DNA of 64,000 nucleotides from Dehalococcoidia bacterium (GTDB lineage Bacteria > Chloroflexota > Dehalococcoidia > Lucifugimonadales > UBA2985), in the NCBI GenBank assembly GCA_965218945.1, contig OZ244718.1, positions 2,621,700 to 2,685,699 on the forward strand, in the 5' to 3' direction. Shown here piece by piece: positions 9,421 to 17,239 of the stretch; position 1 is the stretch's first letter, and the number at the start of each line of letters is the position of its first letter. Position numbers and translations under genes: made by a program. A model generated the notes under the pieces. That model saw only the letters and a program-made list of their open reading frames with translations, had not been told where the DNA came from and ran no database searches.

Positions 9421-9475
9421 GCGTTTCCTTTCTCTTCAAGCATTGGTTTTCTGCTTGTTCCTTCTCTGATTGCGT

Positions 9476-10294
9476 CTACGTTCGCCAGGTCCCCGGCTCG
9501 GAGCCGGACGGCGCCACCCGCGCCACCGCCTCCGGGGTGGCGTAGGTCGGGGTGACAGAGCCCTGCTCCATGTCCAGGTAGAGGCCCATGAAGGGGCAGG
9601 AGCCCGCCACCATGCGGCGGACCACCTGTAAGACCAGCGACGCCATCATCTGGTTGATGGTGGGGTCCTGGTCGGTGAGGTCGAGGGCTGCCGCGCAGTC
9701 CACGTCCGGCGACCTGGTCGACACCGCCGTCAGCAGGTCGGGGCGCTGCACCGTGGGCGCGGGGAGCAGGTAGCAGGTCTCGTCGACGAAGGCGGGTTCG
9801 TCCCCAAAGTCCCGGTCGGCGACGTTCCCGACCAGGACCTGCCCCCAGTTGGTGTCGTTGCCCGCGTCGATGAGCCACCGGCGCGGGTCGCCCGGCAGGG
9901 ACTCGGCCATCGCCCTGCGTGCGGCGGCGTTGTCGGCGCAGCCGATGAGGAGGGAGTTCCCGTAGGAGGGAAGGCCGGGGTAGCGGCCCCCATCTGGGCG
10001 GGAGTCCTCCTCCCGGAAGGCGTAGACCGAGTAGCCGACGGGTCGCCGGTAGGCCCTGGCCAGCCGGTCGGCGAGGGCCTGGCTCTTGAAGTGCCCCACG
10101 TCCTCGGCGTAGAAGTTCTGGCGCAGCAGGTTGTGGGGCTCCACCCGGTCATGGTCGACCAGGACGATGGTGGCCTCCCGCCCCTGGAAGAGGCGGCAGA
10201 GGCCCTCGGCCACGAAGCCGCCGGTCCCGCCGCAGCCGACCACGGTGATCCAGGGATTGTCCAGCAGGAACGCGTTGTCCAGGTAGTAGGGCAT
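9476..10294 (-). CDS. ThiF/MoeB/E1-like adenylyltransferase (PRTRC ThiF-type)
   Basis: Rossmann motif 'VVGCGGTGGFVAEGL', then 'LVDHDRVEPHNLLRQNF'. The start is 2 nt after the JAB stop (TGAAAATG), with AAGGAGG upstream. Confidence 0.9.
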   Translation of the reverse strand: MPYYLDNAFLLDNPWITVVGCGGTGGFVAEGLCRLFQGREATIVLVDHDRVEPHNLLRQNFYAEDVGHFKSQALADRLARAYRRPVGYSVYAFREEDSRPDGGRYPGLPSYGNSLLIGCADNAAARRAMAESLPGDPRRWLIDAGNDTNWGQVLVGNVADRDFGDEPAFVDETCYLLPAPTVQRPDLLTAVSTRSPDVDCAAALDLTDQDPTINQMMASLVLQVVRRMVAGSCPFMGLYLDMEQGSVTPTYATPEAVARVAPSGSEPGTWRT

Positions 10295-10296
10295 TT

Positions 10297-10914
10297 TCAG
10301 GTTACCTCCTTGTCGTTGAAGTTGGTGTTGCGGGTCGGGTTAGGGCCGGAGAACACCTGCGGCCACTCCACCGGGGCGAAGTGGCCGTAGACCCCGACCC
10401 GGAGACGCAGCTCGGGCCGAAAGTCATCGAGGCGTCCGACGACCCCGTAGATGCGGAAGCCCTGCTCGTCCCGGTCGTCGGTGGCCGAGAAGAAGGCGCG
10501 GGAGCTTCCGTGGGAGTGGAACTCGGCGACCACGCCGGCAGGGGGCCGGTAGGTGAGGGACGCCGCGGTCCCAACCTGCGCGGGCGCCACCAGCCGGTAG
10601 GCGCGCCCGTCCCAGCGCACTGCGAAGAGCCGCTCGGTGTCCGGGGCGTCCTGGAACCAGCGCATCCCCTTCTCGAAGAGGCGCGCCGGGATGGGGCCGT
10701 TGGGCAGCGCCACCTTTTCGTCAACGGGAGCGAGCCCCCGCACCTCGCCGGGGGCCACCATTACCCGCGCCACCAGGTCAGCGCTCTGGGACTGGACGTA
10801 GACGCCCCCTGATCCCAGAACGTAGTCGTAGCCGATTCCCTGGACTCCGGCGAGTCCGGCGGGGTGGTTAACCAGGTAGCCCACCGGCCCCGGCGCCCCG
10901 CTAGCGGTAGCCAC
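10297..10914 (-). CDS. JAB/MPN (JAMM) metallopeptidase (PRTRC protein A-like)
   Basis: Intact JAMM motif 'EFHSHGSSRAFFSATDD' (HxHx7SxxD). I chose the GTG at 10914, which overlaps the upstream stop by 14 nt. The longest ORF extends to 10995. Confidence 0.8.
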   Translation of the reverse strand: MATASGAPGPVGYLVNHPAGLAGVQGIGYDYVLGSGGVYVQSQSADLVARVMVAPGEVRGLAPVDEKVALPNGPIPARLFEKGMRWFQDAPDTERLFAVRWDGRAYRLVAPAQVGTAASLTYRPPAGVVAEFHSHGSSRAFFSATDDRDEQGFRIYGVVGRLDDFRPELRLRVGVYGHFAPVEWPQVFSGPNPTRNTNFNDKEVT

Positions 10915-11605
10915 GTCTCCCCTCGGAGACCGCCATCGCCTGGCCCACCGTGCATTGGGGAACAAGGTCTTCAATCGGGTATGCAGTCTGTCCATCTAGC
11001 TCCTCCCATAGCGCTTGCAGGTTGTCGGGGTGCCTCTTCGAGCGGTCCCGGGTGTCTCCGGTAAGCGAGAAGAATGACCGGAAGAAGGACTCAGGCATCA
11101 GCCCAACCTCCTCGGGGAACCGGTGGCTTCCGGGGCAGACCCTCCCGTCTCTGAAGACGTTGAAGGCCGGGGCCCGGAAGAGGTGCTGCTCTGGGTCGGT
11201 CGGTCGGCCCGTTGCTGCGTAGACCCAGGGCGTTCGGCCCGGCGAGCAGACGAAGACCAACCCCGGCATGGGAAGCCGGAGCCGGGCGGGTGGCTTGAAC
11301 GCCTCCCGTTGCAGGGCCACCGACCACACCTGCGGCGGCCGCCACAGGGCCACCACCTGCCCGGTCTCGCCCTGGTTCCACCAGAGGGCGTCCTGGGGCA
11401 GCAGCCCCGAGGAGGACCCCAGGTGCTGGGTGAACACGTTGGCGATGGCGTCCGCCGAGACGGTCCTGACCCAGTTTGAGTCGTTCTCAAAGCCCCGAAG
11501 CAGGATGGTCTCCTTGTACACCTCCAGCTGCATCTGGATCTCGTCCTTTGCCGCATCCGCCGGACCCGGCAGGGACCATTCGGTCTTTTCGGCATCACTC
11601 GTCAT
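10901..11605 (-). CDS. E2/UBC-like protein (PRTRC protein B-like)
   Basis: 234 aa with a candidate catalytic-Cys segment 'FNVFRDGRVCPGSHRFP'. It sits between the F-position gene and JAB, as in PRTRC cassettes. The assignment rests on position and motif recall, not on a search. Confidence 0.65.
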   Translation of the reverse strand: MTSDAEKTEWSLPGPADAAKDEIQMQLEVYKETILLRGFENDSNWVRTVSADAIANVFTQHLGSSSGLLPQDALWWNQGETGQVVALWRPPQVWSVALQREAFKPPARLRLPMPGLVFVCSPGRTPWVYAATGRPTDPEQHLFRAPAFNVFRDGRVCPGSHRFPEEVGLMPESFFRSFFSLTGDTRDRSKRHPDNLQALWEELDGQTAYPIEDLVPQCTVGQAMAVSEGRRGYR

Positions 11606-12434
11606 CGTTTACCTCCTTTTCGTGATTGGGGAGCCGCTCCAGCGTGAAGTCCAGCATCTCGGCGAAGCGGCCGGGAAGGTCCTCCTCCAGCCAGTCGGCC
11701 AACCGGGTCACCGAGTCGATGAGGGCGCTGGCCTCGCGCCACTCCTCCGTGCCCGCATCGATGACCTCCTCCTCCCAGGGGTCGGAGAAGCCGTCGTAGT
11801 TCCCGTCCTCATAGCAGGCATCCAGGAAGAAGTTGCCCGTCTCGGCAAAGACCCAGGAGCAGGCCTGCGCCGCCCCCTCGAACCGGGTCTCCTTGAGCGC
11901 GTCGGTGAGGTCGTCCAGGGGTATGCCCCCCTGGGGAATTCTCTCCAATGTCTCCTGCGGGATGCGTTCGGCGGCCGACTCCAGCCAGGCCACCCGCAGC
12001 CCGTCGGGTCCGTCGTGGTAGGTGTCGGCGGGCTTGGCCAAGAGGACGAGGGACGAGATCCCCTCGCGGTAGCCGTCCCACATCTCGTGGAGGCCGTCGT
12101 AGCCGAAGCCCATCAGGTCAAAGGGGATGCCCTGCCTCAGCCAGGTCCAGGGAGGTTGGTCCCCCTCCTCCTCCGTCCAGAACTCGATGAACGGGGCGTA
12201 GAGGGGGAAGTGCCGCTCTCCGAAGAGCTGGCCGAACCGTTCCACCCTCGTGCGTATGTCTGGGGCCGCCAGCGCCGCATCCGCCTCCTGGGGAAAGAGG
12301 CGGCGCGCCAGCCCCGCGAACCATGCGTAGTCGTCGGCGTATCCGACCAGCGTGACCAGCTCCCGCAGCGACGGCGGACGCCGCAGGAGCAGTCCCGCCA
12401 GCCCGCTCAGTTGCGGCGGGGCCGCAGCTGCCAT
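11595..12434 (-). CDS. Hypothetical acidic protein in the PRTRC protein F position
   Basis: 279-aa ORF overlapping both neighbours (11 nt and 28 nt). No motif recognised. Confidence 0.55.
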   Translation of the reverse strand: MAAAAPPQLSGLAGLLLRRPPSLRELVTLVGYADDYAWFAGLARRLFPQEADAALAAPDIRTRVERFGQLFGERHFPLYAPFIEFWTEEEGDQPPWTWLRQGIPFDLMGFGYDGLHEMWDGYREGISSLVLLAKPADTYHDGPDGLRVAWLESAAERIPQETLERIPQGGIPLDDLTDALKETRFEGAAQACSWVFAETGNFFLDACYEDGNYDGFSDPWEEEVIDAGTEEWREASALIDSVTRLADWLEEDLPGRFAEMLDFTLERLPNHEKEVNDDE

Positions 12435-12637
12435 CGCAGCGCCTCCAGTAGCCGCCCCGTGGAGGCGGCGTAGTCCTGGGCCTGGAAGCAGGCCATCTCC
12501 ACCTCACCCTGCCGGGCGGCCGCGGCGTCCAGGTCGAAGGAGCCGTCGGGCCGTGTGAGCTCCGCCGTGAGCTCAAGGATTCTCAGGTCTGCCGGCGGCG
12601 TTGCCGCCATCAGACCGGCAAAGGTCCGGTTGTCCAT
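12407..12637 (-). CDS. Small hypothetical protein (76 aa)
   Basis: The ORF starts 12 nt downstream of the Ubl stop, on the same strand, and its composition is coding-like. Confidence 0.4.
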   Translation of the reverse strand: MDNRTFAGLMAATPPADLRILELTAELTRPDGSFDLDAAAARQGEVEMACFQAQDYAASTGRLLEALRWQLRPRRN

Positions 12638-12649
12638 CGGATGCCTCCT

Positions 12650-12856
12650 CTAGTTCCAGGCGTGGGGGAAGGCGCCCTTGGTGCCCACCCGCCGCTGGAA
12701 CTCGTAGATGGTGTCGTCGCCCCGCGTGGTCTCCTTGACCGAGGCGTTGGCGATCTCCCCGTAGAAGTCGCTCAGCGTTGCCTTCACCTGGTCGACGCTC
12801 ATCTGGGGGTCCGGGTCGGGGAACTCTCTGTCGTCGTATACGAATACTCTTGCCAT
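12650..12856 (-). CDS. Ubiquitin-like beta-grasp protein (PRTRC protein C-like)
   Basis: ATG at 12856 with GAAAAGGAG upstream. 'MARVFVYDDREFPDPDPQMSVDQVKATLSDFYGEIANASVKETTRGDDTIYEFQRRVGTKGAFPHAWN'. It matches the remembered PRTRC-C pattern (F.Y.g..lpDPdP.ms.e.Vk..y...yp.i..A........y.F.r.vGtKG). Confidence 0.8.
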   Translation of the reverse strand: MARVFVYDDREFPDPDPQMSVDQVKATLSDFYGEIANASVKETTRGDDTIYEFQRRVGTKGAFPHAWN

Positions 12857-12950
12857 CGTTCTTCTCCTTTTCTTGCTTCGCGCTGTTTCGTTGCCACCTG
12901 CGGGGAGGCCGCCGCTCGATTTGGCGACGGCCTCCCCGTGTCCGTGCGGT

Positions 12951-15263
12951 CTAGCGTCCCGCGCCGACCGGCTCCTCATTTCCCTCCCGCTCCATGCTCA
13001 TCGCCCACTCGAACATCGAGAGGGTCGCGGGCTGCGACTTGCCCTTCCGACCGTTGGTCTTGACCGGCTCCTCGGCCATGAACTCCGTCCAGGAGAAGAG
13101 CGACTGGTGCCCCTCCTCCGACCCACCGTCGCGGTGGCCGTTGCCCCCGTATCCGGTACGGGGCAGGCCGTTACCGTTAACATCGACGGCCTCCGGCTCG
13201 ACCCCGTGTCGAGCACTGGGCAGGCTCTCGACCACCTTCCATCCGTCGTCCACCAGCAGCTCTTCGGCGCTGGCCTCGGCGTCCCTGGCCTGGGTGAACG
13301 CCGCCTCCACCGAATCTTGGTCATCGTCCTCTCCGCTGACGATCCTCCGGGCCAGGGCCAGCATCAGGTCGTCCCCGTCGTCTCCGTAGGCCGCCAGTCC
13401 GTCCTCCGGCAGCTCCCCCTCGACTGCCAGCGAGCTCTGCAGCTTCTTCGCCACCAGCTTTAGGGCGTCGGCCTGCAGGGTGTTCCGGTAGGCCATGAAC
13501 ACCACCTTCACCGGGCGGGTCTGCCCGATGCGCCACGACCGCCGCGACGCCTGCCGCATGACGTAGACCGAGTAATCCGTCTCGAACCAGCAGAGGGTCG
13601 GGAAGTCGATGAGGTCGAGGCCGGTCTGCACCAGCCTGGGGTGGCAGATCATCACGTCGATGCCCTGCTTGACCTTCTCCGCCACCCACGCCTCTCTCTT
13701 CTCCGGGGCCACCGCCTCGGCCTTCATCACTGCCACCCGGAAGCCGTGCCGGCTGAGCATGTCCTCCATCCTCCCCGTGATGTCCCTGGTCCCCGTGTGG
13801 GTGGCGTAGACCAGCACCCTTCGGCCCTCCATCCGCTCGGCGGCCACCAGGTCCACCAGGGCCTTCTCCTTTGGGTAGAGCTTCTCCTCGGACAGGGACG
13901 GAATCTGGACGATGATGTCGCCCGTCCGGGGGTCGAAGACCGTCTCCCCCCTGGTGCAGCCCTCGGGGTAGGCCAGGAGCGTCTGCAGGTAGGTCGCCAG
14001 CAGTCGCTTGGAGCCGGCCTTCAGCGCTTCCGCCAGCTTCTTTCTGAGCTCCTCGTACACGGTGTTGTAGGCGCTGCGCTGGGAGTAGCCCGTCGCGTCC
14101 TCCTCCGAGTCCATCGAGGACAGGAGGATCTGCTCGTCGTAGCCGGGCAGTCCCGACGCCACGTCCGAGAGACGCAGGAACACCGTGTTGCCGATGATGT
14201 GAAACAGGGCGCTGGGCACGAGGCCGGGCCGCTCCCTGACCACCCTGCGGAATTTGCGCCGGCGGCTGATGCGCCCGTCCTCCACCGCGTCGTCGTCCTT
14301 GCCGACGGTGACCTCCTCGAAGCCGTACCGCTGTATCCAGCGATGCTCCTCGGAGCGCCCGAACTCCGTCCTGATCTCCGGCGAGAACCGGTAGAGCAGG
14401 TGGAACAGCGTGCTCGAATACCCTCCCATCAGGGTTCCCGACAGGCTGAGGGACTTGCCGCAGGCGTCGGCGAGGACCCCTGCGGCGATGCCCTGGGCCG
14501 AGCCTCGGCCCTTGTACTCATGGACCTCGTCGCCAATGAGCAGGTCGAAGAAGCCCTTCATCCGGTTCTTCACGTAGTCGGCCAACGGGTAGCGGGCAGG
14601 GCCGGACCTGTCGGCCTGCCACAGAGGACCGCCGCAGTCGGCGCAGGTGTGCTTGCGGCGGTTCAGGTCGGCGTCCGTCAGTGGCACGCCGTCCCTGTCC
14701 ACGATCTGCGCCGTGCAGCCGGGGCAGCAGGGGACCCGGAAGGGCTCCCCCGTCTCCTCGCCCCGCAGCAGCCTGCCCCTGGAGACGGCCCACCGCTGGT
14801 TGACGGCGGGCATCCAGCGGTAGGACAGCTTCGCCTTCTCCCGCGACATGACGGCGAAGAGGGGGCCGGGGCCCGTGGAGAGACGGAGCCGCTCCAGGTC
14901 GGTGATGGATCTGACGATGACGGCGCGGGCGCCGGGCGCCGTCATCTCCACCTCCCGCTTCCACTTGGGCACGAGATGCGGCGGCCCCAGCACGAGGACC
15001 CGCTTGAAGCCCGCCATGTGCGCTGCGGCTACGGCGATGAAGGTCTTGCCCGTTCCCATCTCGCCGACGACGGTGGTGCCCCGGTGGACCTCGAGGGAGA
15101 GGGCCGCGCCCCTGATGGCGTCGGCCTGCGCCCCCAGGGGCTTGCGGAGCAGGCGGGGGAGCCTGCGGCCGTTCTCCGAGGGCCGGTAGAGGGGCGGGTA
15201 GGACTCCACCACTCTTCTGGCGATGGCGTCCCTGAACGTGTCGATGAACTCTCCGAGGTTCAT
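12951..15263 (-). CDS. SNF2-family helicase with an internal zinc ribbon
   Basis: ATG at 15263. Motif I is 'GEMGTGKT', motif II is 'IGDEVHEYKG', and the zinc ribbon is 'CCPGC...CADCGG'. A C-terminal helicase lobe reads 'VLVYATHTG...LVQTGLDL'. The N-terminal 132 aa of the long ORF look off-frame. Confidence 0.9.
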   Translation of the reverse strand: MNLGEFIDTFRDAIARRVVESYPPLYRPSENGRRLPRLLRKPLGAQADAIRGAALSLEVHRGTTVVGEMGTGKTFIAVAAAHMAGFKRVLVLGPPHLVPKWKREVEMTAPGARAVIVRSITDLERLRLSTGPGPLFAVMSREKAKLSYRWMPAVNQRWAVSRGRLLRGEETGEPFRVPCCPGCTAQIVDRDGVPLTDADLNRRKHTCADCGGPLWQADRSGPARYPLADYVKNRMKGFFDLLIGDEVHEYKGRGSAQGIAAGVLADACGKSLSLSGTLMGGYSSTLFHLLYRFSPEIRTEFGRSEEHRWIQRYGFEEVTVGKDDDAVEDGRISRRRKFRRVVRERPGLVPSALFHIIGNTVFLRLSDVASGLPGYDEQILLSSMDSEEDATGYSQRSAYNTVYEELRKKLAEALKAGSKRLLATYLQTLLAYPEGCTRGETVFDPRTGDIIVQIPSLSEEKLYPKEKALVDLVAAERMEGRRVLVYATHTGTRDITGRMEDMLSRHGFRVAVMKAEAVAPEKREAWVAEKVKQGIDVMICHPRLVQTGLDLIDFPTLCWFETDYSVYVMRQASRRSWRIGQTRPVKVVFMAYRNTLQADALKLVAKKLQSSLAVEGELPEDGLAAYGDDGDDLMLALARRIVSGEDDDQDSVEAAFTQARDAEASAEELLVDDGWKVVESLPSARHGVEPEAVDVNGNGLPRTGYGGNGHRDGGSEEGHQSLFSWTEFMAEEPVKTNGRKGKSQPATLSMFEWAMSMEREGNEEPVGAGR
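13144..13167 (-). repeat. Palindromic element copy a (CCTGCCCCGTACCGGATACGGGGG)
   Basis: 7-bp stem CCCCGTA/TACGGGG with a 5-nt loop. It lies in the C-terminal tail of the SNF2 helicase and is read as 'GLPRTGYGG'. Confidence 0.6.
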
Positions 15264-15442
15264 GTGAGTCGTCCTCCTTTTCCGTGGTGGGCCGGAGAAC
15301 GACGCCGGGAGCCGGGCGCACCACGCCCCCTGGCGGGGACGTTTCCGGTGCGACAAGCTCCTGGAAACGTCCCCAGGCTGTGGTTGAACGTGCGAGGGTC
15401 CCGCCGCAGACGGGCCTCGTGATGCGGCTCGGTGTGAGCCGT

Positions 15443-15652
15443 CTATGCGGCTTTCAGGGCCTCCCTGCGGGCGGCTTGTTCCGCCTTTGCCTCGTCGTAG
15501 CAGCGTCCGCTGAGGTGGTATGTCTTCACCGGGGAGGAGACGGCCCTGCCGTTCATGTCCAGGTCCACCGAGGCGGTCTGCATGGCGGGTTCGCCGGGAG
15601 CGATGGGCTGCCCGCACCGGGCGCAGGCGTCGAGGGTCATGGTCGTCTGCAT
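15443..15652 (-). CDS. Small Cys-containing protein (69 aa)
   Basis: 'LDACARCGQPI...HLSGRCYDEAK'. The 3' end plus downstream hairpin duplicate those of the methyltransferase gene. Confidence 0.45.
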   Translation of the reverse strand: MQTTMTLDACARCGQPIAPGEPAMQTASVDLDMNGRAVSSPVKTYHLSGRCYDEAKAEQAARREALKAA

Positions 15653-15767
15653 GTCTCAACCTCTCTTTCCTTCGTGGGGTGTTGGTTTTCCGTCCGAGCG
15701 GAGCGAGGCCCCGCGGGTTCCCGGTAGAGGGAAGGCGGGGCCTTGTGTGCGGCTCAGTGCGAGCCGT

Positions 15768-16805
15768 CTATGCTGCGATGTCGGTGATCTCGCCGCCGTA
15801 CAGGTCCAGGGCGACGACGGTGGTCGTGAGCTTCTCCCGGTGGACCTCCTTCTCCGGGGAGTCCTCCACCATGACCATCTCCTTCGAGGTCCTCCCCTTG
15901 ACCAGGATGCGCCGCCCGTCCGCTTCCAGGACGAGGTTGTCGAGGAAGCCCGCCGACACCAGCATCGCCATGTGGCCCCTTCTGAGGGGCATCAGTGGAC
16001 GGGTGCGGGTGTCCCTCGCGGGCCAGAGTGTGTCGGTGACCTCAGCGCTGGTCCACAATCCCGACCGCCGCGCCTCGGCAGCAGCAGCGACGGGATCGAC
16101 GGTGCGGGTGGTGAAGAGGATGTCCCCGCTGGGCGTGGTCTCCGGGCTGTAGTCCGTGTAGGGGTGGGAGCGCAGCGGCTCCGGCTCCCCCACCGCCCAC
16201 TCCAGCACCATGCGCTCGGCGTGGGCGTCGGGAACGGGATCGGCCTTCCGGTAGGCCAAGAGCGCCACCTGGTCGAATACCTGCCGCTCCGGGTCGGGGA
16301 AGGCCCAGCATCGCATATACCCGTAGTGGGTGGACAGGTAGCGGGCCGAGACCGCCAGGCGCTGCCTGGGAACGATGAAGACCAGCAGGCCGCCATCGGC
16401 CAAGTAGCGGGTCGTGTGCGTCAGGAAGGCGTGCTCCGTCCGCTTGTCCTCCGAGTCGTAATCGTAGGGCGGATTGAGCAAGAGCAGCCCGAAGGCCCCG
16501 TTCGCTATCGACGTGGCGAAGAGGTCCGAGGCCAGGGCGTGGTCGAGCCGCTCCTCCGCCTCCTGCGCCCGGTCCCGGTGCAGCTCGACGCCGTAGGTCT
16601 CGATGGGGATGGCGTTGGGCCTGTCCAGCCGCTGGGCCAGCTGCGCCAGCGCCTCTCCGGCCCCGCAGCACGGGTCGAGGATGCGCAGCGTGTTCCGGCC
16701 CCGGTTGTAGTAGCCGGAGGGGGTGTTAATCAGCTCCGCGATCAGGTCGACGACCCTGGGCGGTGTGGGGTAGAATCCGCCCTTTGCCTGTGCAGCGAGT
16801 CTCAT
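15768..16805 (-). CDS. SAM-dependent N6-adenine DNA methyltransferase
   Basis: Motif I is 'ILDPCCGAGE' and motif IV is 'LLLNPPYD'. The start overlaps the upstream stop (ATGA). Confidence 0.85.
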   Translation of the reverse strand: MRLAAQAKGGFYPTPPRVVDLIAELINTPSGYYNRGRNTLRILDPCCGAGEALAQLAQRLDRPNAIPIETYGVELHRDRAQEAEERLDHALASDLFATSIANGAFGLLLLNPPYDYDSEDKRTEHAFLTHTTRYLADGGLLVFIVPRQRLAVSARYLSTHYGYMRCWAFPDPERQVFDQVALLAYRKADPVPDAHAERMVLEWAVGEPEPLRSHPYTDYSPETTPSGDILFTTRTVDPVAAAAEARRSGLWTSAEVTDTLWPARDTRTRPLMPLRRGHMAMLVSAGFLDNLVLEADGRRILVKGRTSKEMVMVEDSPEKEVHREKLTTTVVALDLYGGEITDIAA

Positions 16806-17239
16806 GTCGATTCTCCTTTCAACTGAGTGTCGTCCGTCGTCTTCAGGCCCACCACCTCGCCTGTGCCCAGGGTCCGCTGGTAGCAGAGAACCTGGGGAGC
16901 GCCCATCTCCAGGGCGCAGGCCGTGCAGAAGGCCGTGACTATCTCCGCCTCCCTGGACACCGTCATGCGCCTAACCGGCATCTTGCCGCCGTCCGGCCTC
17001 CGGTGCGTGTAGAGCATCACCGAGGTGTCGGCGACCTCGTCGGGCGTGGCCGGCCTGTAGAAGTGGGGCTGGCCCGAGGTCGACAGGTGCGTTGTGTTGT
17101 CGTGGGGGCAGAAGGGGCAGAGCCTGCCCCGTACTAGATACGGGGTCTTCCCGTCGGGGGAGAACCTCTGCCACGCCCTGAAGTTCCGGGCCCGCCTGCG
17201 CCTGTTGCCCCGCCTGGGCCGGTTCAGCATCCTATCCAT
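16802..17239 (-). CDS. Small basic zinc-ribbon protein
   Basis: ATG at 17239 overlaps the upstream stop (ATGGATAG). The Cys pairs are 'CPFCPHD' and 'FCTAC'. It contains palindromic element copy b in-frame. Confidence 0.5.
   Translation of the reverse strand: MDRMLNRPRRGNRRRRARNFRAWQRFSPDGKTPYLVRGRLCPFCPHDNTTHLSTSGQPHFYRPATPDEVADTSVMLYTHRRPDGGKMPVRRMTVSREAEIVTAFCTACALEMGAPQVLCYQRTLGTGEVVGLKTTDDTQLKGEST
17123..17145 (+). repeat. Palindromic element copy b (CCTGCCCCGTACTAGATACGGGG)
   Basis: It lies inside CDS 16802-17239, antisense to the gene, and is read as 'KTPYLVRGR'. Confidence 0.6.

Noticed and set aside
13641-16826. Plus-strand ORFs of 593 aa (13641-15422) and 423 aa (15555-16826)
   Set aside because: They are antisense to the SNF2 helicase and the methyltransferase, both of which carry canonical motifs. 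Their translations are Arg/Gly/Pro-rich with no recognisable features.
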